Sequence record: PP328843.1
Length of the DNA: 64,000 bases
Direction: 5' to 3' (one strand)
From: Escherichia phage 215Ecol030PP
This document shows positions 51,247-61,239 of this stretch, in pieces (positions within the stretch are counted from its first letter, which is position 1; each line of letters opens with the position of its first letter). The position numbers and the translations under genes were made by a program. The notes beneath the pieces were generated by a model. It saw only the letters and a program-made list of their open reading frames with translations, had not been told where the DNA came from and made no database searches.

Positions 51247-52155
51247 TTAAGATTTAAGTAAATCAACAATTTTAATTAACTTTTCACGCTCAGATTTAGC
51301 TTTACTACTCAATCCAGATAGTCTGAAAATTTCATCGTCATATTGTTGAATAGAAATATTCAGCTCTTCAATCTGCTTATTAAAATAATCAATTTGTTCA
51401 GAATGTTTTTCGTTACTACGAACTGGTACAGGTTTTGTAGGCAATTTGGTTGAACTGGATTCATCCGGGCGATAAATTAAAATACAACTTGAACCAATCG
51501 GGCATTTTGCCCCAGATGAATATTCTAATGTTCCAGCTTCTTTTAAAACTTCAAAAGCCAAACAGAGATGATGCCCCATATTAACATAATCTGTAGAGCG
51601 AGCTCTGATGTAATAATCATCTCCACGAGTACTAAATTTAAAGCATTTAAGGTCTTCTGTATTATTGGTCTTAAAAATCATTTGTTTATCTAGACCTTTA
51701 GCTAATCGAGCGCCTAATGCTAATAATCGTCGTTGATTTTCCCACAAATCCGCAATCATTTGGTCAAATGATAATTTCGGCATTAGTCTACCATAAAGGT
51801 CATATCCTTTATTATAATTGCGAAGGATTTCACTCGCATTAATACGAGACAACGCTCCAATTTTATTAAGGGCTTTCATGATGCGATTAGATAAACCCAT
51901 TCCAGATCCGTTTGTTCGTTGCAAATGTTTATCTAACCCAAACCCAATATCAACTTTAAATTTATCTAAAATTTCAGCATGAACATCTCTGTCAATAACA
52001 TTCAAATCCAAAGTTGGGTTAAATCTATGAAAAAATTTATCTGGCTCTCCACGACGAAGTACAGTCCATTCATTTAATTTTTTATTAACTAAAGATTTAA
52101 TTACTGCATTGACATTATTAATTACTACTGACATATTTTCCTCACTCAATTTCAA
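51247..52155 (-). CDS. hypothetical protein with C-terminal coiled coil, 302 aa
   Basis: ORF in gene train. Confidence 0.55.
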   Translation of the reverse strand: MKLSEENMSVVINNVNAVIKSLVNKKLNEWTVLRRGEPDKFFHRFNPTLDLNVIDRDVHAEILDKFKVDIGFGLDKHLQRTNGSGMGLSNRIMKALNKIGALSRINASEILRNYNKGYDLYGRLMPKLSFDQMIADLWENQRRLLALGARLAKGLDKQMIFKTNNTEDLKCFKFSTRGDDYYIRARSTDYVNMGHHLCLAFEVLKEAGTLEYSSGAKCPIGSSCILIYRPDESSSTKLPTKPVPVRSNEKHSEQIDYFNKQIEELNISIQQYDDEIFRLSGLSSKAKSEREKLIKIVDLLKS

Positions 52156-52549
52156 TTTTACTAAATATACAGAATAAGATGGAACAGACTATATAAGCAC
52201 CACACACAGATTGAACTAATACCATTCCAAAGAACCAAACAATATTATCAAACAATGTCTGTTTTACGTCGAAAGGACGTAAACTTACAGTAATATTATC
52301 GCCTTTTTCTATTGAAGAATACATCTCTGGGGAAATATATTCACTAAATCTATAACCGTCTTTGAGTTCATATACGGCAATAAACGATAAACTAGACCCC
52401 TTTCCTTGAGTTCCTATAAGGGTATTAACTACAGTAACATCATAATCTTTATAATGCATATAATCATTAATTGCATAATAACCATATGCAACTACTACAC
52501 ATAAACAACATATCAATAAATTCAATCTTTTAATTATCAACTGTTTCAT
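52142..52549 (-). CDS. membrane protein, 135 aa
   Basis: N- and C-terminal hydrophobic segments. Confidence 0.5.
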   Translation of the reverse strand: MKQLIIKRLNLLICCLCVVVAYGYYAINDYMHYKDYDVTVVNTLIGTQGKGSSLSFIAVYELKDGYRFSEYISPEMYSSIEKGDNITVSLRPFDVKQTLFDNIVWFFGMVLVQSVCGAYIVCSILFCIFSKIEIE

Positions 52550-52604
52550 AATAATCTCAATTAAAAGGGCTTAGAACCATTATACCATCCTTGGTATAAA
52601 GCGG

Positions 52605-53132
52605 TTATGCGAGTACCGTCTTTAACCGTTCTTCAAACTTCCGAAGAGTATTTTGGCGTTCAGCTCTTTGCTTTTTGTAAGTTTCAATACGCTCTGAAAT
52701 GAGAGTGTATCGTTCATTTACTGATTCTTTCATAAAATCAGGAATTTCACGAGAAGCTTTAATCTCGTCAAATTTATCAATAACAGCTTGCTCTTCAGCA
52801 ATTAAGTTATCATACATCAAAATATCTTTCTTGATGAACTCAATATCTTCTTGAGTTACACGAGATAATTTAGATGCTTTATCCTTTTTGTACTGTTCAT
52901 TAGTATCACGAGACCAGTGTAATGTACGATTTTTATTCGTATTTTTGTAAATTTCTACAATACCAATCTCATCGATAATAACGATCCAATTCCAACGAGA
53001 TTTGTAAATTTGTCCTCCATCAACCGTGATTTCACCTCCAATTGAGATGTCATTAAAGAACTTGCTTTGAGCTTCAGATTTAAATTTACCATCATTGTAG
53101 TTTACCAAGTTGAAAATATCTTTAGCATTCAT
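52605..53132 (-). CDS. hypothetical protein with C-terminal coiled coil, about 175 aa
   Basis: ATG at 53130-53132 with GGAGGA SD; the track start at 53192 falls inside the upstream promoter. Confidence 0.55.
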   Translation of the reverse strand: MNAKDIFNLVNYNDGKFKSEAQSKFFNDISIGGEITVDGGQIYKSRWNWIVIIDEIGIVEIYKNTNKNRTLHWSRDTNEQYKKDKASKLSRVTQEDIEFIKKDILMYDNLIAEEQAVIDKFDEIKASREIPDFMKESVNERYTLISERIETYKKQRAERQNTLRKFEERLKTVLA

Positions 53133-53151
53133 TTTCTGTTCCTCCGTAGTT

Positions 53152-53190
53152 GATAGTTGTATAGTACCACAAAGGAACAGTCTTGTAAAC
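53152..53190 (-). promoter_or_regulatory. T4-type early promoter (gatagttgtatagtacca family)
   Basis: 18-mer at 53152-53169, gtaaac at 53185-53190. Confidence 0.5.
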
Positions 53191-53192
53191 AA

Positions 53193-53507
53193 CTAAAAGA
53201 AACTTCTTTCACAATTTTTTCCACTGAACCACGCGCTCACCGCTTTCTTAGTCTCAGGAGCAGTGTTATCCATAAACCATTCAAAAGCAGCCTTTTTATG
53301 ATTCTGGAGGGCTTCTCGGGCTTTAATCTGCTCACGGTCTATTAACACTAACATATGAGCCTTTCTTGTCACCATGGGCTTCTTATGATTTTTTGAATAC
53401 TCCCAATCATTTGTCCATCGCATCGTTGTTGCGAACTGAAATACAGCTTCTTTAATCTTAGTTTCGTAAATTTCACGAGCCTTTGAGTATAACATCACTA
53501 CCTCCAT
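53193..53507 (-). CDS. hypothetical protein, 100-104 aa
   Basis: Alternative ATG at 53493-53495 with GGAGGU SD. Confidence 0.5.
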   Translation of the reverse strand: MEVVMLYSKAREIYETKIKEAVFQFATTMRWTNDWEYSKNHKKPMVTRKAHMLVLIDREQIKAREALQNHKKAAFEWFMDNTAPETKKAVSAWFSGKNCERSFF

Positions 53508-53596
53508 TTACCAGTTTAATTCTAGTCATCTTTTTGATGGCAGTCCATATAATCTATTTCTGAACTGCCTTTTTGTCTTAGAAGGCCTCTTATGAA

Positions 53597-54583
53597 TTAT
53601 TTCAGAAGAGTAACCTCAGCAATTTCTTCCCAACCGTTTTTGTCGGTCATAATAAAGTCAGCAAGATAAAGTGCAGTACGCAGTGAAACATTGCGTAAAC
53701 GGTTAACATTGACTTTCATCCATGATAATGCTTTATAAGTTTCTTCATCAGAAAGACCGCGCTTTTGCATCATGTCGGTTGAAAGAATAACATCTTCAAC
53801 CCTGACCATAATTTCTTCATTAGTGTGAACACCCAAATCTAAATAAACTGAGCGGGACACTAATGCTTGTAAATGTGGAGCGAGTTTAGTACCACGGTCT
53901 AATTCGCGGTCAATATCAACGTTTGTGATAAAAACAATCGTTCCTTTAAATTCAAACTCACGCTCAATGCCTTTTTCTTCTAAGTAAGAAGATGCAGTGC
54001 TCCAGCAGACTTTACGGGTCTCTCCAGTGTCCAGAGCAGCTTTCAGAAGATTAAGAATGTCCATATCAGAGAAAACATCCACATCATCAATCAAAAGGAC
54101 AGAATTCTCTTCACGATTATTCCAAAGCTGCTCATAAAGACCGATACCGGAGATTTTACCATTAATGCTTTTATACTCAATGTATCCAATATCATTTGCT
54201 TTATTCAAAGCTTTATCTAAAGAATACGTTTTACCAATACCTGCCGCACCAGAGATAATTAATGAACGAATGTTTCCGTTAATAATACCATTCGTCATCA
54301 TTCCCATAACATTAAATCTTTTATTAATGCGGGTTTTCATATCTTCATATGATTCTTTAACTTCTTCAACTTTTACACCATCATATGAAATGTCTGATTT
54401 GTAAACCCAAACACCGCGACGCTTACCGTCAATTTCAACAAAAACTTTACCATCTCCTTGTGCATCTACCGGAGCATTATCTGGGAACCATTCACCTAAG
54501 AGCTCAAAAGTTCCAGAGATTTCTTTACCGAAGTAGATACCCTTATTGATAGTTACAGTTTTCATTTTATTCTCCAATTTCAC
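53597..54583 (-). CDS. P-loop NTPase (AAA-like ATPase), 328 aa
   Basis: Walker A GAAGIGKT and Walker B LLIDDVD. Confidence 0.6.
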   Translation of the reverse strand: MKLENKMKTVTINKGIYFGKEISGTFELLGEWFPDNAPVDAQGDGKVFVEIDGKRRGVWVYKSDISYDGVKVEEVKESYEDMKTRINKRFNVMGMMTNGIINGNIRSLIISGAAGIGKTYSLDKALNKANDIGYIEYKSINGKISGIGLYEQLWNNREENSVLLIDDVDVFSDMDILNLLKAALDTGETRKVCWSTASSYLEEKGIEREFEFKGTIVFITNVDIDRELDRGTKLAPHLQALVSRSVYLDLGVHTNEEIMVRVEDVILSTDMMQKRGLSDEETYKALSWMKVNVNRLRNVSLRTALYLADFIMTDKNGWEEIAEVTLLK

Positions 54584-54634
54584 ATTTGTTTTGATAGGGT
54601 AATAGTATCACACTACTACCCTTCTGTAAACAAT

Positions 54635-54898
54635 TTATTTTAACGTTCGCCAAATTTTTACTGCTTCACGGCGAGATACTTCTACAGCTCCAAGTTCTAC
54701 AGCTTTTTGGCGTCGGCGAGCGTGTAAGTCATAATGTTTAATGCGTTTATCTTGAAACCAAGAACGTTTCATTCCTATTGCTTCTGCCATTTCATGAAGC
54801 TCTTCAATATCTCCATCAGTGAACATATGACAATTTTTAGTTGGATGACCGCGAAGTTTCCATCCATGATTCATTAAAACATCTACGTAAACTGTCAT
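54635..54898 (-). CDS. hypothetical protein, 87 aa
   Basis: ORF in gene train. Confidence 0.5.
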   Translation of the reverse strand: MTVYVDVLMNHGWKLRGHPTKNCHMFTDGDIEELHEMAEAIGMKRSWFQDKRIKHYDLHARRRQKAVELGAVEVSRREAVKIWRTLK

Positions 54899-55044
54899 TG
54901 ATTCTTCTCCAAATAAGTTTCGATAATTTTCTGGGCGAGATAAACCGCGTTATCTTCAGTTGCGTCTTCTAAGAAACTTTCAAAACACTCTGAAATTTCT
55001 TCTGTGTCAATCAACTTTTTTACTTCAATTGGTGTAATTTTCAT
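54895..55044 (-). CDS. small acidic protein, 49 aa (not in ORF track)
   Basis: Own translation MKITPIEVKKLIDTEEISECFESFLEDATEDNAVYLAQKIIETYLEKNQ; ATGA overlap with downstream gene; early promoter upstream at 55063-55101. Confidence 0.4.
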   Translation of the reverse strand: MKITPIEVKKLIDTEEISECFESFLEDATEDNAVYLAQKIIETYLEKNQ

Positions 55045-55168
55045 TTTGTTTTTCCGTTTAAGTGTTTGTTTTGATAGTTGTATAGTACCATAAAGCTTTA
55101 TGCTTGTAAACTGTTTTGTGAAAAATTTTTGAAATAAAAAAAGGGACCTCTAAGGCCCCTTTATGCTT

Positions 55169-55654
55169 TTATTCCATTTCTATTATATGCATGTTCTTTT
55201 TGCTATCAAAATATATGTTTTTAACTGTTAACTCCGAATTAATTGGCAATAAAAACTCTCTTTCATAATCTACCATACAAAGGTTATCATAAAGCTTGTT
55301 AAGCTTATCATCGTCAGTTTGGCCAGATTCTTCAACTGCGATTAAATTTTCTAAAATGTCAATCATAGCAGTCGAATAGTCAAAAACGTTTGCATTTTTT
55401 AACACTACTAAAACATTAGTCATATAGCGTTCTGCAGCAAACGTTTCAGCTATATGAGACTCACTGCTAAAGGAAGTTATTCTTTTAAATTTGATTCTCC
55501 TATTAACTTCAAACTTATAAGATAGTACTTCCTCTATTGTAAGTCCTCTAAAAAGCACGTCTTTAATCTCAAGTTTGTCTTTAATGTAATCATTAACACG
55601 CTTATGATTAAAATCATTAATTTTGTTGCCAAGGCATTGCATTAAAATATGCAT
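55169..55654 (-). CDS. hypothetical protein, 161 aa
   Basis: ORF in gene train. Confidence 0.5.
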   Translation of the reverse strand: MHILMQCLGNKINDFNHKRVNDYIKDKLEIKDVLFRGLTIEEVLSYKFEVNRRIKFKRITSFSSESHIAETFAAERYMTNVLVVLKNANVFDYSTAMIDILENLIAVEESGQTDDDKLNKLYDNLCMVDYEREFLLPINSELTVKNIYFDSKKNMHIIEME

Positions 55655-55750
55655 TGTATTCTCCTCAATTTTTAAAGAGCAATTAATTAACTACACGTAT
55701 ATTATAATATGCTTTGCGGCAGAAGTAAACAACTTTGTGACGTCATTTTA

Positions 55751-55775
55751 AACAAAAAAGGAGCCCGAAGGCTCC
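55751..55775 (-). terminator. intrinsic terminator GGAGCC-UUCG-GGCUCC plus U6
   Basis: Plus strand aaaaaaggagcccgaaggctcc ending at 55775, 3 nt after the stop of ORF 55779-56792. Confidence 0.6.
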
Positions 55776-55778
55776 CTA

Positions 55779-56792
55779 TCATTTATAATAACTTCGGTGG
55801 TTTTCAAGATAGACCTTCTCAAGGAAGTCATCCCAGAAACTCATGTCTACTGTTTTAGGCATACCGTTCTTAGAAGCTTCAGTAGATGCTGCTTCTACTT
55901 GATCGACCACATCTTCCAAAAACTCTTGAACTGTTTTAAATGGATGTTTACCCAACTTCACGTCGAGAATAAATGGAGCATCTTGAAGTGGATAGACTAA
56001 GTCACCAGTTTTGTAAATTTCCAATAGTTGGAGTCCACCACGGCAAGCATGACTCAGAGCTTTCCAGTCAATGCCTTCATTGGCTTCGGCCTTACGAGCA
56101 CGTTCACCGTATTCAGCATCTAATTTGTTCAGTGACTGCTTAAGCTCAATAAGAGAAAGCGTTGTCTGATATTTACGACCCAACACAGTGTAGAACATTT
56201 GTGGGCCTGTTTTCTCATGATTATGGAACACCCATTCACAGAATTCGTTTTCTGGAAGACGATGCTTAATATCTTCAACTTTAGTACGACGCTGCTTAAT
56301 GGAACCGTCTTCTTGGTAATCAACCCATTGCTCAGGGATTTGATTAACTACTTTCAATACATCGCGTAATGCAGCCAAACGAGAACCCTTGACACCGTAT
56401 TTAGAAGCTTGCTTGCGAACATATCCTAAATAGGATTTCATGTTAGTCGTATAAAAACGAGAACGGTTGTCTTGAATAAACTTCCACACATCAGGCAAAT
56501 CAGATTTAACCACTAGTTCAGGTGGAGTGTGAAGCATATCCAACGCTACAGTTTCACCATCTGCTGCTAATTTAAAGAAATATTTAAGACTGTATAGTTC
56601 ATGGTCAATATCATCTTTAGTGTTTTTAGATGATGTGTTGTTAGTGTTTTTACTCATGTGCTCTTTGACATTTCCGATAAGAATATCGCGAGCAGGAGGA
56701 ACAAAGATTTCTTTAAAATCTACATCAGATTCTGGGGTAGAAGTTCCATAAAGATGGCTACCAAAATAACTTTTCATTACTGTTTTCATCAT
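55779..56792 (-). CDS. predicted nucleotidyltransferase (Pol-beta-like superfamily), 337 aa
   Basis: N-terminal GSHLYGTSTPESDVDF matches the GS...D.D nucleotidyltransferase signature. Confidence 0.55.
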   Translation of the reverse strand: MMKTVMKSYFGSHLYGTSTPESDVDFKEIFVPPARDILIGNVKEHMSKNTNNTSSKNTKDDIDHELYSLKYFFKLAADGETVALDMLHTPPELVVKSDLPDVWKFIQDNRSRFYTTNMKSYLGYVRKQASKYGVKGSRLAALRDVLKVVNQIPEQWVDYQEDGSIKQRRTKVEDIKHRLPENEFCEWVFHNHEKTGPQMFYTVLGRKYQTTLSLIELKQSLNKLDAEYGERARKAEANEGIDWKALSHACRGGLQLLEIYKTGDLVYPLQDAPFILDVKLGKHPFKTVQEFLEDVVDQVEAASTEASKNGMPKTVDMSFWDDFLEKVYLENHRSYYK

Positions 56793-57250
56793 TCAGCCTT
56801 ATATTCAATAACAGGACATACTTTAGCTTTACGAGCTTTTAAAAATTCAACGATAATCGATTTCTTGGGTTGAATAGGAGGTAAACCTTTATACGCTCTA
56901 TCAATATTTTCTACGTGTAAAGCATAATCCTTCTTCCATTTATAATCTTTATATTTTTCACGCAAATGTGCAGGAATAACAAATGAACCGATAATAAGTA
57001 AAACAACCAAAAGCGCAAGTATAAATGCTGATGGAAGCAAAGTCCATAAACTACCGAAAATAAGCCAACGTTGTAGACTTTCTGCACAAATAATTGTTAG
57101 CCCTACGAGTATAGTACATCCGAAAAAAGAAACGAAAAATGTAGGAATGGCAATAGACCAAAAGTATGCGCACAGCGTCTTAGGTCGTTGCCATTCATCG
57201 TTAAACAATTTGAATAATTTATAGTGCCAAGAGTTTTCATTAATAATCAT
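56789..57250 (-). CDS. integral membrane protein, 153 aa
   Basis: Multiple hydrophobic helices. Confidence 0.55.
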   Translation of the reverse strand: MIINENSWHYKLFKLFNDEWQRPKTLCAYFWSIAIPTFFVSFFGCTILVGLTIICAESLQRWLIFGSLWTLLPSAFILALLVVLLIIGSFVIPAHLREKYKDYKWKKDYALHVENIDRAYKGLPPIQPKKSIIVEFLKARKAKVCPVIEYKAE

Positions 57251-57252
57251 AA

Positions 57253-57774
57253 TTATCCTTTCATTGAAGGTGTAACAGTTGTTAAATACTTAATCATAGC
57301 TTCAGCTTCTGATTTTGATAATGAAATTTCTTCATTGTTTTGACGAATAGAAATAAAATCCGGATGACGGTCACCACCAGCTTTTAAAACACACATATAA
57401 GTATCAGTTTCATCTTCAATATCTGAAATGATTGAAGCAGTTCCACATGAATGTGGTTTTTGATAAATCAATACAGCTTTTCTTCCACCGTTTGACTGTT
57501 CATAAACTTTTAACACATCAAACAAATCGCTTCTTTTATCAATAGCTAAGATGTTGTTTTCATCTTCAATATTAAATCCTTCGGATACTTCATAAAGTGT
57601 CACCCATAAATCACCAATATCAATAACAGCGTTCACTTTTCCATGACTTTCAAGAGTATGACAAATTTTCTTGATTTCGTCATAACTCATTTTAATAATA
57701 TCATCTCCTTGAATAAGGAAGATGTCATTTTTAAATTCAACACGAATTAAACCACTTCCACTTGAAATAAACAT
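57253..57774 (-). CDS. hypothetical protein, 173 aa; distant paralog of the next gene
   Basis: C-terminus EAEAMIKYLTTVTPSM resembles DEAIALKTYLDSVIPTM of ORF 57781-58338. Confidence 0.5.
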   Translation of the reverse strand: MFISSGSGLIRVEFKNDIFLIQGDDIIKMSYDEIKKICHTLESHGKVNAVIDIGDLWVTLYEVSEGFNIEDENNILAIDKRSDLFDVLKVYEQSNGGRKAVLIYQKPHSCGTASIISDIEDETDTYMCVLKAGGDRHPDFISIRQNNEEISLSKSEAEAMIKYLTTVTPSMKG

Positions 57775-57780
57775 ATTTCC

Positions 57781-58338
57781 TCACTTTGAAATCATAGTTG
57801 GAATGACAGAATCGAGATAAGTCTTTAGCGCAATAGCTTCGTCTTTGGTAAATGTGACAATATACGATCGAAAATCATCAATTTGACGAATAGTTAAGAC
57901 ATCACCATCTTCATAGCATTTTGATACGTTTAAAACAGTTTCATCATTCTGATTGCAAGCGTTAGTAATAATAGCATTGCAATTTTTGAGCCATTTTAAA
58001 CTATGTTTTCTTTCATTAGAATAATAAAAATATTTAATCTTATCTATAAAACTATCCCAATGGATAACTGATAAACACATTGACTCACTTTTAATATTAA
58101 ATCCTGGGCATGAAGAATAAAAATGAATTTTGTGCTCATCATTGATGCTTACTATTTTATCAGTATAAGGATATTCAATTTGGGTTAAATGAATGATTTC
58201 ACTAGGCGTAAAATATAGCATATCGTCTTCTTGTGTCAAACGATACATATTATTTACTTTTTCTATAGCTAATTCACCAAAAAGCGGACTAACTTCTAAT
58301 ACTAATCGTTTCATATTGATTCTCTTCGACTCACCCAC
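57781..58338 (-). CDS. hypothetical protein, 185 aa
   Basis: Early promoter with 12-bp perfect inverted repeat upstream at 58463-58500. Confidence 0.5.
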   Translation of the reverse strand: MGESKRINMKRLVLEVSPLFGELAIEKVNNMYRLTQEDDMLYFTPSEIIHLTQIEYPYTDKIVSINDEHKIHFYSSCPGFNIKSESMCLSVIHWDSFIDKIKYFYYSNERKHSLKWLKNCNAIITNACNQNDETVLNVSKCYEDGDVLTIRQIDDFRSYIVTFTKDEAIALKTYLDSVIPTMISK

Positions 58339-58505
58339 AATTACATACTCCTTTGAATAATATCAATAATGTTGTTCACCAGATTATAAGTAAACATTGG
58401 ATAATTATATTGAATCATCACATACACAACAAACAAAACTTTCATTCTCTTCTCCTTGGCAGTTGACAAGATTACTATATCATAATCTTGTCAACTTGTA
58501 AACCA

Positions 58506-58679
58506 TTAAATGACGTTTTCAATAAAATTCTGAAGCTTTGTGTGAGCATCAACCATGATTTTCATTTCTTCTTTGGCGAAAGCTGTACCTCTTTCCCGAG
58601 AAGAACACTCATAGTCAGAAACTGCATTAGCATATTCTTCAATTAGTTTCATTAAAAACATCTGCTTTTCAGTTTTCAT
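58506..58679 (-). CDS. small hypothetical protein, 57 aa (not in ORF track)
   Basis: Own translation MKTEKQMFLMKLIEEYANAVSDYECSSRERGTAFAKEEMKIMVDAHTKLQNFIENVI; SD AGGUGGA; ATGA overlap with upstream ORF. Confidence 0.4.
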   Translation of the reverse strand: MKTEKQMFLMKLIEEYANAVSDYECSSRERGTAFAKEEMKIMVDAHTKLQNFIENVI

Positions 58680-58863
58680 TGTTCCACCTAATCATTTCAA
58701 GATATTGAACTAACTTAGCTTTAGATTTATCCAAATCCTTTTTAGCTGCTTCTATACCATCGTATGAATATCCTTCACAATGCTCAACTGCTAATTGATA
58801 TGAATCTATTTCAATATCACGTGCTAATTTAATGATTTTTTCAAACTGTTCACGTGTTAGCAT
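58669..58863 (-). CDS. hypothetical protein, 64 aa
   Basis: ORF in gene train. Confidence 0.5.
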   Translation of the reverse strand: MLTREQFEKIIKLARDIEIDSYQLAVEHCEGYSYDGIEAAKKDLDKSKAKLVQYLEMIRWNNEN

Positions 58864-58865
58864 AA

Positions 58866-59105
58866 TTAAACTCTCGTATTATGATCGATAATTTCATCAA
58901 GAAACATATCTAACGCTTCTAAAGCATTATCAACTTTAGCTTCAAATTTTTCAATACCTTTATTTGCAATGCCTGCCGAAAACCAAGCAAAGTCACTAAG
59001 TTCCTCATCTGCTTTACGAATTGAAGCCACTAATTCCTTGATTTTATCCGCTTGTTCGATACTAATCATTATTCCACCACATATGAAAGAGAGAACATTG
59101 CACAC
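58866..59105 (-). CDS. hypothetical protein, 79 aa
   Basis: ORF in gene train. Confidence 0.5.
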   Translation of the reverse strand: MCNVLSFICGGIMISIEQADKIKELVASIRKADEELSDFAWFSAGIANKGIEKFEAKVDNALEALDMFLDEIIDHNTRV

Positions 59106-59302
59106 GCCATATGAGTTGCAGCTTCATCACACATATCATAACGTTTCTTAAGAAGTTCTACAAGTTCTTCACTAGTAACTTCATCCATGTCGACGAAAAA
59201 ATCACCATTAATGATGACGTAGATATTTCCTTCTTGATTAAGTGCTTCAATTTTCATGATGTTCTCCTCTTTATCCGATAGTTGTATAGTACCACAGCTC
59301 AA
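59069..59302 (-). CDS. hypothetical protein, 77 aa (start uncertain)
   Basis: ORF in gene train. Confidence 0.45.
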   Translation of the reverse strand: MSCGTIQLSDKEENIMKIEALNQEGNIYVIINGDFFVDMDEVTSEELVELLKKRYDMCDEAATHMACAMFSLSYVVE

Positions 59303-59324
59303 ACGGAAAGTAAACCGGTAAAAT

Positions 59325-59348
59325 GAAAAAAGTCTCCCGAAGGAGACT
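59325..59348 (-). terminator. intrinsic terminator GUCUCC-UUCG-GGAGAC plus U6
   Basis: Plus strand aaaaaagtctcccgaaggagac at 59327-59348, 4 nt after the stop of ORF 59353-59739. Confidence 0.6.
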
Positions 59349-59352
59349 AATG

Positions 59353-59739
59353 TTATTCGAGGGAAAGAAGATACTTACTCTGGTAAAACATTCCAGTAAT
59401 ATCATCTATCGTGCTTTGGATGGCTGGAGGCATTTCTTTATAAATGCTGTTAGATTGGTCTAGTATGCGATCAATCATTTTAATTGTGTCGGTAGGAAGT
59501 TTACTAGCATCTGGAATTGAAGGTGTGTATTTTCTACCAGAATACCCCAAATATCGCTCACCAAATTTATCAATCAAATCTGGCAACTCGGAGAAAATAA
59601 AATCGTATGCTTTGTGTCTAGCATAATTTTTAGTTTCAAAATGTGCAGAATGAAAATAAGCTTGTGCAGCCATTAATAAACCTAAGTATTCATCTGCCTT
59701 TGAAGGTTTTCCACTTTGTGAAAAGTCGCTGAATTTCAT
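59353..59739 (-). CDS. hypothetical protein upstream of rI, 128 aa
   Basis: ORF in gene train. Confidence 0.55.
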   Translation of the reverse strand: MKFSDFSQSGKPSKADEYLGLLMAAQAYFHSAHFETKNYARHKAYDFIFSELPDLIDKFGERYLGYSGRKYTPSIPDASKLPTDTIKMIDRILDQSNSIYKEMPPAIQSTIDDITGMFYQSKYLLSLE

Positions 59740-60029
59740 TCAGTCTCCAATTTAATGTTCATAATTCTAGCGTATGATTGTGCCATCTCCGCGCCTCGTT
59801 CTATACATTCAAAATCAGAAGAGCACGGGTCATTTTTATAGGTCGTTCTCATAAAACTATAGAATTGTTCAGACGATTCTACGCTTTTATTTTCAAAAAG
59901 CATATAAACGTGCCTAATACCAGATTCCATAAATTTATCAAAATGAGGATCGACATTCGCTTCAATCGATGGAGATAAAACAAATGACAATCCTAGCATG
60001 GCAAATAGTGCCGTTGCTTTTAAGGCCAT
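59736..60029 (-). CDS. rI: RI lysis-inhibition regulator (secreted/periplasmic), 97 aa
   Basis: N-terminal signal-anchor MALKATALFAMLGLSFVLSPSIEA; size and position upstream of tk match T4 rI. Confidence 0.78.
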   Translation of the reverse strand: MALKATALFAMLGLSFVLSPSIEANVDPHFDKFMESGIRHVYMLFENKSVESSEQFYSFMRTTYKNDPCSSDFECIERGAEMAQSYARIMNIKLETE

Positions 60030-60041
60030 AAAGGCCTCCTA

Positions 60042-60254
60042 TCATTTTTGCCCTGTATTTACTTTATGCCGATGCACGGCCTTAACTTTATCAAGGTATT
60101 TTTCAAAATTTCGCAATCTAGTATAGTCTGCCGGAGATTGGTTGAGTGATACTTCTCGACGCAAAGCTGAAATGATATTTCCAACTTCCCTACGAATTTC
60201 ATCTAATTGAAGAACGGTAAGATTGCGAAGTTGCTTTTCAGTTAATTGTAGCAT
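60042..60254 (-). CDS. hypothetical protein, 70 aa
   Basis: ORF in gene train. Confidence 0.5.
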
Positions 60255-60296
60255 ATATACCCCTTTAGTTAGATAAACCTATTTATAACTTTTGCA

Positions 60297-60878
60297 CTAA
60301 CCGAGCTTTTTAGTTAATTCATTCCAATGTTTTCTACACAAAGAAACATAAATTTCATCACCAATACAGATTTGATTACCTTCTTTAACTGGTGTTCCAT
60401 CTTCCATTAATCGAGCTGTCATAATAGCTTTTTTACCACAATGACAAACTGCCTTTAGTTCAATAAGTTTATCTGCAATCGCTAAAAGTTCTTTAGAACC
60501 TTCAAACAATTTTCCAGCGAAATCAGTCCTTAATCCATAAGCCATAACAGGAACATTATATGTATCAACAATTCGACTTAATTGATGCACTTGTTCAGTT
60601 TTTAAAAACTGGGCTTCATCTACAAATACGCAATGAATATCTTTTTGTGCTTCAGCCCATTTATAGAACTCGAAAATATCCATATCATCTGTAATAATAT
60701 TTGCTTCCTGCCTAATTCCAATGCGAGAAACGACTTCACAGACAGAATCGCGAGTATCAATAGCAGGCTTAAGAACTAATACACTCATTCCGCGTTCTTT
60801 ATAATTATGTGCAGCAGTCAAAAGAGAAGCAGATTTTCCAGCATTCATTGCTGCATAAGTAAAAATTAAACTCGCCAT
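60297..60878 (-). CDS. tk: thymidine kinase, 193 aa
   Basis: P-loop AMNAGKS and C-terminal zinc-binding cysteines; ATG at 60876-60878. Confidence 0.93.
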   Translation of the reverse strand: MASLIFTYAAMNAGKSASLLTAAHNYKERGMSVLVLKPAIDTRDSVCEVVSRIGIRQEANIITDDMDIFEFYKWAEAQKDIHCVFVDEAQFLKTEQVHQLSRIVDTYNVPVMAYGLRTDFAGKLFEGSKELLAIADKLIELKAVCHCGKKAIMTARLMEDGTPVKEGNQICIGDEIYVSLCRKHWNELTKKLG

Positions 60879-60887
60879 ATCACCTTC

Positions 60888-61073
60888 TTAAAGCGTATTC
60901 ACATAAGCTATTAATTCGTTTTCTTTCTTATCAAACCGATCAGCAAATTCTTCTTGCTGTTCGGGAGATAGCGGGCCGTATTCATCATAAAAGGTGTTTG
61001 CTTCTGTATGCTCATCTAGAAGTTCATGGATAAGCTCAAACAATTTGTCTTTTTGTTCTTTGCTTAGGCTCAT
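60888..61073 (-). CDS. hypothetical acidic protein, 61 aa
   Basis: ORF in gene train. Confidence 0.5.
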   Translation of the reverse strand: MSLSKEQKDKLFELIHELLDEHTEANTFYDEYGPLSPEQQEEFADRFDKKENELIAYVNTL

Positions 61074-61239
61074 ATATTAATTTCCAGAAGTTTTAAAATA
61101 ATTCGCTTTTGCTTAAATATTTCCACAGTTAAATGATCAGTATCTTTTTGACCAATTCCAATGGCAAAACCTTTATTAACAGCGAGTTCAATTAAATTAT
61201 CAAGTTCACGTAACACTTCATATTGTAACTCAGAACTAT

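Noticed and set aside
27640-59294. Possible CRISPR array suggested by recurring 18-31 nt repeats
   Set aside because: The repeats are promoter and terminator family members spaced kilobases apart, each upstream or downstream of a gene, with no regular repeat-spacer periodicity and no cas genes
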